Source: Chrysomallon squamiferum
Lineage: Eukaryota > Animalia > Mollusca
Reading direction: 5' to 3'
NCBI GenBank assembly: GCA_012295275.1
Contig: CM022670.1
Span: 23,994,001 to 24,058,000 of the forward strand
Length of the DNA: 64,000 bases
This document shows, one piece after another, positions 14,690-25,508 of this stretch. Position numbers and translations under genes: made by a program. Under the pieces are notes generated by a model that saw only the letters and a list, made by a program, of their open reading frames with translations, did not search any database and was not told where the DNA came from. Position 1 is the stretch's first letter. Every line of letters begins with the position of its first letter.

Positions 14690-16219
14690 TGTGAAATTTC
14701 AATTCTCTCTGTAGCACAGAATACATGAAATGTACTAAATATGAAAAAAGAAAAAAAAAAAAAAGTGAAAAAAAGAAGAAGAAAAATAACAACAATCTAA
14801 TTAAATCACATCAAAACAAAGTAATAAAATTTTATATATAAAATATACAGAATCATATTATTAGAATGTTTTGGGTTTTTTTATAATGTGGAAACAAATT
14901 AAATTTTTAACATTAAATAATGGTTACTTTATAGTTACAACAAATTTTTTGAAACTTTTATTTCTTTGTATTCATATTAAAAGTATTAAGCAAAACTTTA
15001 CTATACAATGGCATTTCCCACCCACTATCTGTTCATTGAACTTCATACATCAGACTTAATAGACAAACTTTCTATTAACAGACATTCCAACCAAACATTA
15101 ACTGTATATAATTGTCAAACTTAATTCTATGATTAGAAGTTACAGTAATTATCAAATAACAAATCTGTGCTGCAAAATTAAACAGCTTTTCAACTGTTCT
15201 ACTAAATTTAATATTTCATTTCACTGTAGAAATTAATTTCATAGATTATTGGTATGTTTGTGTTGTGTTTTTTCAATTAATTGATGCCCTAAATTCATTT
15301 TTATGGAATTATATATAACAATCTGTTAACTGAGAGTATGTGTAATCCAAGTTTCCACAATCAGAACATAACTGATACTATAATTATTCATTATTATTTA
15401 TTTATTTATTGCAGAAATTACACTTACATTATATGAAACTGATTTTACAGAATATCCTGCCAATTTACATATTATTAATTTCTTGTTTTTTATTTCCTAT
15501 TTTGTATTTGTGTATGATGAATTTTTCTTATTTATTATTTTCTTCTTCTTCTTTTTTCTCTATTGGTATTGGTTATTTTATTTTATTTTATTTTTTATTT
15601 TTCATTATACTGATGAAGTGAACATATAAACAAGACGTTTATAGAATTATCATATTATATAAATAATATATATTCAAGTAAATGAATCTTCATATATTTC
15701 TAACAAATGTTTTAATATTTTATTATTTATGTTGGTTTTTTTTAATTGCCATATGGTAAAAATTAGAAAAAAGCCAACATTAAAATTTAAATAGTTTTAA
15801 AAAATATATATATAAATAAATAAAATGTTCGATAGTTAAAAAGCTAACGTAATATATAAATTAATAATTTTTACCACTGAAATACAAAAATATACGCTCT
15901 ATTTCTAGTATCTTCTATTTTTCACGGACATATTTGATTATTTCACACTGATACAGTGATACTCATACTGACAGACGTTGTCTGAAAAATCAATTCTCAT
16001 TATTATTACTCTTTATTACATAAACATTAACTAAATGAAAACATTCACCAATAGAATACGTATCTGGGTCAACAAATATATAGAGTAAATCACAGATACC
16101 TGTTGCACTGTTTGTTAAATGTCATTCTAATATAATTCACCAAAAATAATTAAATACACTAAAACTGTTTTTAGCAATGATAAAATTACAGTTATCTCCC
16201 TTACAAATGCTAAATATTT

Positions 16220-16250
16220 TTCCGTATCCGGAACATGCGCCGGAATGGAG
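16220..16250 (-). promoter_or_regulatory. Candidate LMBRD2 promoter patch with two CCGGAA (ETS-like) cores
   Basis: Local CpG-rich sequence TCCGTATCCGGAACATGCGCCGGAATGG in an AT-rich background ~1.5 kb upstream of the LMBRD2 ATG. An acceptor just 5' of the ATG (~14709) implies an upstream non-coding exon. Confidence 0.35.
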
Positions 16251-17160
16251 TAATAATTATATAATTAAAACATTGAGTAATATCTATTAATAATTTTGTT
16301 ACGTTCAGTTTCATCTACTGTATGTACTAATGAATACACTGTATAACAGCATATGTATAATAAAGACTCAATATCTTATTTGGATTATTTAATGACGCTG
16401 AAATAATTACACATGCTCAACCCCTGTTTTGTTACCAGTACCGACATCTGGAATATTTTCGATATCCTTTAGCAACGACATATATTTAGTTAAGAAGAAA
16501 AGTGTATTATTATTTTTAATTTTTTTACAATGTTGCTGAATGAACATGTTTGTTAATGTTCCAAAATGCACCCCAAAATAAATTTAACGCACCTTCTGTG
16601 ACAACTGCGTGAATTGGTCGCATTTTGGCGAAAGCATGTGAAACTCGTGGGGGGGGGGATACGGTTGCACTACTTAAGGGCATTTAAAGCTGTAGTCATG
16701 CCTCATTTTCATTTCGATTTAGACGAGTTATAAGATGCCAAGAAACAGAAAACAAATATTAAAACCAAAAAAAGTCTTTAAAAATTGTTCAAAACAGTAT
16801 GGAGAACGATATGAAACAGAGGCTTCTTTTTACATTTAGGCATTTTGATATTTTTGATACAAAGAAATCAAAACTGAGGATACATATAGACAAATATTAC
16901 AAAGTTTACATTATTAATTTGTATCTTTTGACAAATTTGTTTTGTTTTGTTGTTGTTGTTTTTTTTTTTTTTTAAAAAGAAAGAAAAGTAAGTGAAGTGA
17001 ATTTTAATGTGAACTAATTTTAAATTAATTAGAGCTACTACGGTATTGCCTATGCGCCATGTCTATTAACAGTGATTTAAAAGGAAAACGAAACAAGGAA
17101 ATTAAGTTTTCTTCTTCAAAGTTTTAGTCGTATTTTAATTTCAGTTTATAAAAATTCGAC

Positions 17161-18452
17161 ATGTATTTGAACAGATTAACTCAGTCGAGTATACTTGTAA
17201 TTTTTCTCTGCATCATAAAAGCGCAAACAATAAACGGTAAGTTAAAATAATGTATTCAGCATCGTGTAATTTAAGATATACAAAGAGGAATTCTATGGAA
17301 AAGCATGTATGATAATTTATTTTATTGTTGTTCCTCAATAAAATACTGAGTTGTGAAAAAACTTGTAATTGTATGATACAGTGGGTGGTGCATTACATTA
17401 CATTACGGACATTTTATGCCTATGTAATCATTTAGTGTACGTAATTAACTTTATTCCTTGGAATTCTTCACTATTATAACATTGTAATTTTAAGAATTTT
17501 ATAACTTATTATAAGATATATTTGATCTAACCACCATTTTTAGTTTTAAATACCAAAATTTAAAACAAAATGTCCTTCGCCGTTATCATCAGGCTGGTGA
17601 AAAATAAATAAACATCTTCCAAGTCCGAGACTGCCGTTTGTTTTCAGGTAAATGGTTTTATAAGAACACCGAATAAATTTAATAATCCGTAAAATCAATT
17701 GTCTTGTTTGTATAATGGGTTATCTAAGATGAAATAATGAGCAGAGATGTACATATTAGTTCGAAGGTATGTCTGTGTGTTTGTCACTTCAGTTAGTTAT
17801 ACATAGTTCTATACTTCTGTTTCACAGAAACCACAACAAGAGCGAAGTCACATGATCTCTCAGGCACTGAATCACAACGTTCGTATTCAACCGATTTCTT
17901 AAAATCATAATTTTTCATTGTTGTGCATGTTATCTTTAATGTTGTCTGATACATTTCAATATGCTTCAATTTAAAAGGTTATCACGAAATAATGAAAAAA
18001 AAAAAAAAAGATAATCGGATACTTAATTCAGTCACATTTTTAAAGTGGTAGTGCTATGTTTATTGTCTAGTATGACGTATATTTTTGTCATTCATTTTGA
18101 ATTTGGCTCTCTAATAGTTTATTACATTTCAGATAATAATTCCAGTGTTATTTCGTTTGACCAGCATTACCTAATTCTGCCTATTGTACTTTTTATCATT
18201 GTCTGTGGACTAATAAGTGTTGTCGTTTATGCAAATCGGTAAGAAATGGAATGTTTTTAGTTTGTTTTTGTTGTTTTGTTAGTGTGATCTTTCTTCTTCG
18301 TCTTTTCTTCTTCTTCTTCTTCTTCTTCTTTCATCTCCAGTTTCTCCGTTGTCAATTTATAATTCACGAAAGCATTTTTTTTTGGGGGGTGGGCTTAGTG
18401 TTGTTTTTCCAATTTCTATGTCGCATGTTTGTAATTACTCAAGACGCGTGTA

Positions 18453-18549
<97 letters not shown>

Positions 18550-19783
18550 GCATAAATATATACATTGCAGGGACTGAGACCAGTTATATGATTTTCTTTT
18601 ACAACATAAAATCTTCGGACAACAATCCATATATTTATTTAATCAGTTAAAAAAATAATGTTCCAGAAAGAGAATAATTCGAAATCGCAGAAGAAAAAAG
18701 AAAATGCAGAAAAGATTCAGAGTGCAATATCAACGAAATGCAGACACACTAAATTATGTATTACAAAATATGCCTGAATTTTGCCCCGCACGAGATATGA
18801 GCGATGACTACCTTACACCTGTTGACATTGATGGGACTTCAGAGTATAATCAATCTGAAACGTCTGAGGATGATGGTTATTTGAATCCGATGGATGAATC
18901 GGTGAGTGAACGTGCTGATGACAGACGTAATAACCAATTGTGGTCTTCAGTTTCTTGGCACGAATTTACTTCAGCATTCCATTGTTCAAATAACGATGTT
19001 CGGATTATGGTTCGGCCTGATCCTGACATTCATAGGTCAAACGGAACGCTTGAGGATGACGATTATTTGACTCCGGTGCGTCATTCGGTGAGCGAAAGTT
19101 TTGATCACAGACATTTGCTGTGTAATGACTCCTCGTGGTCTTCACTTTGCGGACACAAATGTTCTGCAACATCCTATTATCCAAACAACGATGATCGGAA
19201 TATGGATCGGCCTGATTCTGACACTCTTTCGTCAACCGGAACGTCTGTGGATGACGAATTTTTTAATGCTGTGCGTGAATCAGCGAGGGCAGATGTTGAC
19301 AACAGACGTTTGCTGTGTAATAGCCTCCCGTGCTCTTTACTTAATACATTATCCAGTTTGTCAAATAACGAAGCCAGGAATATAATTCGGCCTGGAAGGA
19401 GATCTCTGAGTTTGATTCCTACAGATGTAAGATTTAATACGCTAGAAATCTAACATACATACATATATATATGCTAGAAATCTAACACACACACATATAT
19501 GTAGATAGATTGTTGTTTGATAATTACTGTATATACATATTTGTTAAGGAATGTAAACATTAAACATATCTGCAGTAGGTTCAATTATATTTTTAATTTC
19601 AATTTTTATATTTTTTATTTATTTGTTTGTTTTGTTTTTGCTTTTGTGGAGGTTGGGGCAGGAAAACATGACCCTAACATTAATGCAACAATGTTTGAAA
19701 ATATTTATTTCTTGTTTTCTGCAAAGCAGTATATAACAACAGAAACTGATAGACGACATCTTTGTTTTAATGCTATTAGCTGA
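17161..19783 (+). CDS. Orphan single-pass type I membrane protein with a tyrosine-motif-rich repeated cytoplasmic tail; exons 17161-17236, 17828-17878, 18133-18238, 18667-19453 (339 aa), or 18667-19426 plus 19730-19783 (348 aa)
   Basis: Exon 1 MYLNRLTQSSILVIFLCIIKAQTIN (signal-peptide-like, GTAAGT donor); exon 2 ETTTRAKSHDLSGTESQ; exon 3 NNSSVISFDQHYLILPIVLFIIVCGLISVVVYANR (TM, GTAAG donor); exon 4 KRIIRNRRRKKK runs in frame into the 249-aa ORF at 18704. Phases 1,1,2 are all compatible. Confidence 0.75.
18455..18546. repeat. Compound (TG)n(AG)n microsatellite; a (CTT)n tract lies at ~18289-18331
   Basis: Directly visible dinucleotide and trinucleotide runs in intron 3 of the orphan gene. Confidence 0.97.
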
Positions 19784-21036
19784 CGTAATTAAATTCCCAT
19801 TACGTTATTTTAATATCTAAGTAAATAAAGATCAAAAGAAATAAATGTATCTTGATCTGAAAATACCTCGATCTACTGCATGTGACAACAATATGAATGA
19901 GTGAATTGTATAACTGGATAATTTAGAAGAACTGAACAAATCGCCAATGTTTGAAAATGACATTTTAAAATACACATATATATAAAAACCAGAAGGTCTT
20001 ACTTTCCAAAAGTTCACTGAATGGAAATTGATATACTGTGTCATTGATTACTTTGTTAAAAAAAAGTCAAAAGCAATCTACTAAATATCTTTATTATAGT
20101 TATTCACTGTAAATATTATTTCATGAATGATTATGCATGCTTTGCAAAGGTGTTTTATAGATATTATTACTTAAAGGTGTATATAACTTTTCATTGTAAA
20201 TAAATTTTATCTTCTTAATATTTTTTCTTGTTTGTTTTATTTATCAAACAAAAAAAGGAATCATTGCGTCAGTGTGCTCTCGTTGGATACTAGATAAATT
20301 CAGCAATGGAGTAATTATATTACATACGTAATCGATTACGACTGCTTCAAGACGTCATCATGATCACATTCACAGTTAATTTTACAGATACATGCAAATT
20401 ATGTTAAAAAACAACAACAACAAGAACAACAACATATCAACTTTTAATTTCTATATTATTTATTTATTTATTTATTATAATTTAATTATAACTGAAAATT
20501 TATATATTGCACAGCTTTTGGCTTCATATATTTTAAATTCATTTTTCGAAAAACGTTGAAAACTGTGTTATGGAACATGAGATCGGTATGTCTGTTCCTC
20601 GCGATTTACGGGTCTGCGTTATGTTATTATCATGCTTACAATCGGTAAAAACAAGAGGCAATCGTGCGCGGATTAGCGATCTTACGCTATCTCACGATGC
20701 GGACTTGGCACGAACCATTAATGTCTTAGACCTAACTACAGGAACAGACACAAACATCACTTGCCGATTTGAAAGCATCTAGACTGGTCTTATATGGAAT
20801 GACAAACTTGTCAATAGCACTCATTTTAATTTTTTTCTATTTATTAAGTTATATCCTATGATATTATCACCGAATACCTTTGAAATAAAATTTGCCAATT
20901 CATGTTTTTCCTGTAAATTTTACTTATAAACTATATGCTGCCACTGGTGAAATAGGCATTAGGACTGGGCAGAAGGAATCAAGAGAAAACAGCAAATAAT
21001 TCCTTACCCAAATATTTTCAATGCTTAAAATGAGTT

Positions 21037-21203
21037 TAGGCCTTCAAGAAAATAATCTTCATTTCACAGTTATTTGGCTAAGAAAAGAAAATTTCTTTCC
21101 TCTTTGCTTTTTCTTCAAACTCACTGGGTGGGTGGGGGATCCGTAATCTAACTAATAAAAAAGTGTGACTACAGGTAAATATATATTTTCAATTTAGTCG
21201 CCT
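21037..21203. repeat. Possible degenerate short interspersed element/MITE
   Basis: Begins TTAGGCC, ends GCCT, with an internal GGGTGGGTGGGGG tract; terminal complementarity is weak. Confidence 0.25.
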
Positions 21204-21451
21204 GAAATATTATTGTCCTATATATTAATTTAAAAAAATATATATTTGATCACTGGTGCATTTATATTTCACTGTATCTTTTCACTGAGTCATTTATATT
21301 CTACCTGATTTCTATTATTTTGTCTTGCAATAGTCTGCTTGGAATCAGATCAGGGAGGAATCATTGCAAACATGCAATTAAATTTATCATATTAAAAATG
21401 TGTTTGAAACCATCAATATTAAACATTGAGAAAAATTAGAAGTGATACCAA

Positions 21452-21493
<42 letters not shown>

Positions 21494-21642
21494 GTTTTCG
21501 TACAATTGCTGATAATAATTAATAATTATGACTTGCATACATGTATAAAATGAATGTCTTGCAGTGTTGAATAGCACTAAAATTTTCAAATTTCCATTTT
21601 TTCTTTCTTTCTGATTAAGATCCATAATACAAAAAATAAAAA

Positions 21643-22562
21643 TTATGCTTCATATTTTCCAATATCCGAAGGTATTCTCAAATGACATTCCGAAAAGAAA
21701 CGGTCAGGGGTAATTGCGTCTTTCAAGTCTTCCCTAAAGTCAGTGTAGTGAAGCATCACCTGATTGTCAGAATGATATATACAGGACACGCTAAAACACA
21801 CACTGGGACTCTTTCTTGAAGTAGTTCTGCCACTTCTTGTGCTGTTTTGGAAAAGAGCACACGGAACTTGGTGAAGTGGACCATAAAATGTCAAGTCTAT
21901 TTCTAATCGCCTTAGGAATCATGTCTCATATCGATTTGATCCACTGTTTTTAATATCTATCGTGCTGGAGTTCATCGCAATATCAAACATTCTCTCAACA
22001 TGGATGACTCTCTTGAGTTGTGATGCAAGTTAAATCTTTCTTTCCTCTTGCCAAAGGGATATCATGGATATCAAGGACTGGGACGGTCTGTATGGAGAAA
22101 CTTTCTTCTTCACCCAGCTCTTGAGGTGCTGAATGGCATCTATAATAATTTGTATGTTAATTACAATCTGATTTATTTTATTTTATTTCATAATTATTGA
22201 TTTTAATATTCTTGTTTGTTTGTTCAAATTTTATGCAAAATCGACAATTTTCCTGAAGGGGAATGTTGGGAGTCATTTCTTTTTACGAAGTAACTTATTC
22301 AAATAATTCATTTATTATACATACAAGTAAAATAAGATTTGGTCTGTAGACAGTATTTTACACCCGGTCTATGGTCAATAAACAACTGAAAATACTATGT
22401 ACTCCAAAAAGTAGGTTCGATAACTCTGTTATTGTAAGTTCTGTTTCCTGTACTGGTGTGAAAAATGGAAATGATCTCGTCAAGTGAATAATATATATAA
22501 ACAGTATGCTTGTATTTACCGCAGGCAATTACAACTTCAGCAGGAAGACTGTCAATTGGATA
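21643..22562 (-). pseudogene. Disrupted coding relic, possibly tandem CARD/death-fold domains (candidate exons 22562-22520 and 22139-21643)
   Basis: Coding-like block, more GC-rich than its flanks, starting at a TAG acceptor (22140-22141). One frame runs about 165 codons with two internal stops (TAA 22032-22030, TGA 21921-21919). An upstream 43-nt exon (YPIDSLPAEVVIAC, donor GTAAAT) is phase-compatible. The domain assignment is by eye only. Confidence 0.45.
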
Positions 22563-23117
22563 CTAAATATTGTATGTGGATATTTAGATATTTCAATTGT
22601 TGTTATTCTCAGATTAAAACATTACATATAAATTAATTTATAAATATATTATTATTATATGAATATCACCAGATCATGTTACGACATGTTAAATGTTAGT
22701 AACAAATGAATGACTGTGTCATTATGTGATAATGTTGTTGTTTTTTTGTTTCGTTTTTTTATAACTGTTTAAAAACTGGTAACTAATTAGTGGAAATAAA
22801 CCAGCGATAAGCGTATCTCCACTATTATAATTTCATTTGTAATTTTATTTCTTCTACATATTAAAACGGTATATTTATTTAGACATATTTAAATAGATAC
22901 TAAGATAGTATTTCATATTGCAGATACAGTATATCCCGTTTCTTAAAGTTAGATACACTAAGAATACGAGGCTTCTCCTTTTATTGTTCTCACTTTGCCA
23001 TATATTTTCAGTTGTTATTTGTGATCGTGGCCATTGCCTGGGTGTATGTGATTGCTGCTGGTCGATATGCTTCTGTCCGTTACCTTAAACAACACTTTGG
23101 ATGAACACTAAATTAGA

Positions 23118-23549
23118 ATGGATGTGAAGAATGAAAATTCAGCTCTCCTTAGTAACTTTGAAGTGTACAGTTTGCTGGTAGACATTCAGACAGGACGTGC
23201 ACAGCGAAAGCCCAGTAAGCATCAGCAAAATCTTGCAACAGTCATATATGAGACAGTGAAATACTTACACGATACACCTTGCAAACTTCAGAATGCAGAA
23301 AGAATTCAAGCATTCATGAAAGATTTACAACCATACAATCTGACCAAAGCAGAAAAACTGCAGTTGTTAAATCACTGCCCAACTACAGCAGTAGAAATAC
23401 AAATCATAATTGAAGAAAGTGAAGAACGTCTTACAGAGGAGCAGATTTATGAACTTTTAAAAATTATTGCTAAGCATTTACCTGAACAAAATGAAACATC
23501 TATGGAGCAAGATGCTGATGACACTGTTGTTGAAGAAACCGATTCTTAA
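23118..23549 (+). CDS. CRCP: RNA polymerase III subunit RPC9 / CGRP-receptor component protein, single-exon CDS (143 aa)
   Basis: MDVKNENSALLSNFEVYSLL...QQNLATVIYETVKYL..TPC...LTKAEKLQLLNHCPTTAVEIQIIIEESEERLTEEQI is characteristic of CRCP/RPC9 (Rpb4-like HRDC fold). Confidence 0.95.
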   Translation: MDVKNENSALLSNFEVYSLLVDIQTGRAQRKPSKHQQNLATVIYETVKYLHDTPCKLQNAERIQAFMKDLQPYNLTKAEKLQLLNHCPTTAVEIQIIIEESEERLTEEQIYELLKIIAKHLPEQNETSMEQDADDTVVEETDS

Positions 23550-25025
23550 TACTATGATAAACAGTTATATTTTATACATGTATTTGAAAAAAATTAACTG
23601 TCCTATGGTTTTCATACAGATAAGAATCTGAACTTATTAACATGATCACTGCATAATACATAATGTTTTGAAAAAATGGATGTAACAGAAATTTTTCGAC
23701 CTTTTTTTTAAGTACCATACAATCAAGTAAAGTTATACATCATGAAAATGGTATCTTTTCTGTATGATGTATGAAGAAAAATGTTTTTGCAAACAGTTGT
23801 GAATAGGATGAATTTTCTGTCATTTTTCAATTATGGAATTATAAATTTAAAAATAAATAAGAACTAATAACTGAGTAAATATCTTAAATTATAATTACAC
23901 AGGCTGAAGCATGTTTAAATACACACACACAAAAATAAAAATAAAGAAACAAAAACATTCATTATCATACAAAAAAAATGATTGAGACAAAAAAAATGTA
24001 CATACTGCTCCACAGACTTGTGCATCTAAATATATACATTTCAAAATTACTGACCTTTAGTAAAGGTCTTGTAGTTAATGGAAAAACAAATAAGCTTTTT
24101 TGATGCAAAGTACAATGGCCTTCAGTTAATATTTCCTACAAATGCTAGTGATATGTTCAAACACTGGTAAAATTAGTTAATGTGATGTATTATAGGTACA
24201 TACATATGCATTTCTATGAAATACAAATGGAACAAAAATGGACTATAGTGTAACCATATGCTATTTTGTAAGATATTAAGTCATTTTAAACCAAGTTCTA
24301 AAAATAATAATTTGGAGGGTGATTTTTTATTTTATTATTATTTATTTTGTTTGGAAGGTTTTGGATTTGGGGTGTTTTTTTTGTTTATTCATTTTTTTAT
24401 TTATGTTGAAATGAGATTCTTTATTTCTCTTTTTTTCATTTAGAGAAGTAGAGACTAAGAGAAAAATATTAAGTTCAATAGGATTTTAAAATAGTGTATG
24501 ATAAATTAATGTGAGGAAAAAAGCTATGTCCATATATATACACATAAATATGATCTAAAAAAGAAGGAAAAAAGTATTCAATCTGATATTTAAAAAAAAG
24601 GTAATATATGAATGTCTGATAGTGGCAATTAAGACAACTTGTGGTTTCATATCAACTGAAATTATTTGAATTTATTAAGATTCAAATTATTTTATTCATT
24701 ATTTTCCTGTTTTATTGCTTACCAGATGATGTAATAAGAATTTCATGTAGTTTTATTATGTATTGTTTGCTATTTTTATAGTTCATTGAACAATTACAAC
24801 ATCTACAAATTCAGTCTATAAAAACATATCTTTAAAAATCATTAAACAAAATGAACGAAAAAAAAAAAAAAGTAAAGATTGAAAAAAGAAAATCAACATA
24901 AAATAAAAACAAACGTAAAACAAGCATTATCATTGGTTTTTGAATGCAGAACCGATTCTAAGCTGTCTGCCACATCGAAATAATCTGAAAGATTTTAACA
25001 TTTCTCCTAAATTTATGCTGTATTA

Positions 25026-25064
<39 letters not shown>

Positions 25065-25508
25065 AAAAATTAAATAATATAAGAAAACAAACAACAACAA
25101 TTTATGCTTACGAGATGCAATAATTAATTTTATTAGTATTACTATTAGTATTATCCCGTTTCGACTGCTCTCCAAAATTTGGCTTGACAATAATATGAAT
25201 ATAAAACCTTTTAATGATCTTAGGCAAAATAGTCTGATGGCGGTTTATCGTACCATTTCACTATGCGTTTACATTAGAGCATAATGATAATGCTCACAAC
25301 GTTGGCGGACAACTGTAAATTTGCACATTTATTTAGATTCGAGCAGTTGGTGTTCAAGCATTTTGGAAGCGACAATACGGTAGCGCGATTACACAGAGGT
25401 TTCGCTATAGTTATAAATATAGTAGATGCAGCGGACAAGACATAGGTAACCAGTCATGTTATCGATGAGAACCATACCATTCTTTCCATCAAGGTTATTT
25501 TCGCCAAC

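Noticed and set aside
18251-18630. ORFs with CVCVCV/RERERE/SLSLSL runs
   Set aside because: Translations of the (CTT)n and (TG)n(AG)n microsatellites inside an intron.
20570-20782. 70-aa ORF in a CpG-rich patch
   Set aside because: No recognisable similarity, TIRs or splice partners; probably a repeat fragment. Noted only as part of the accessory island.
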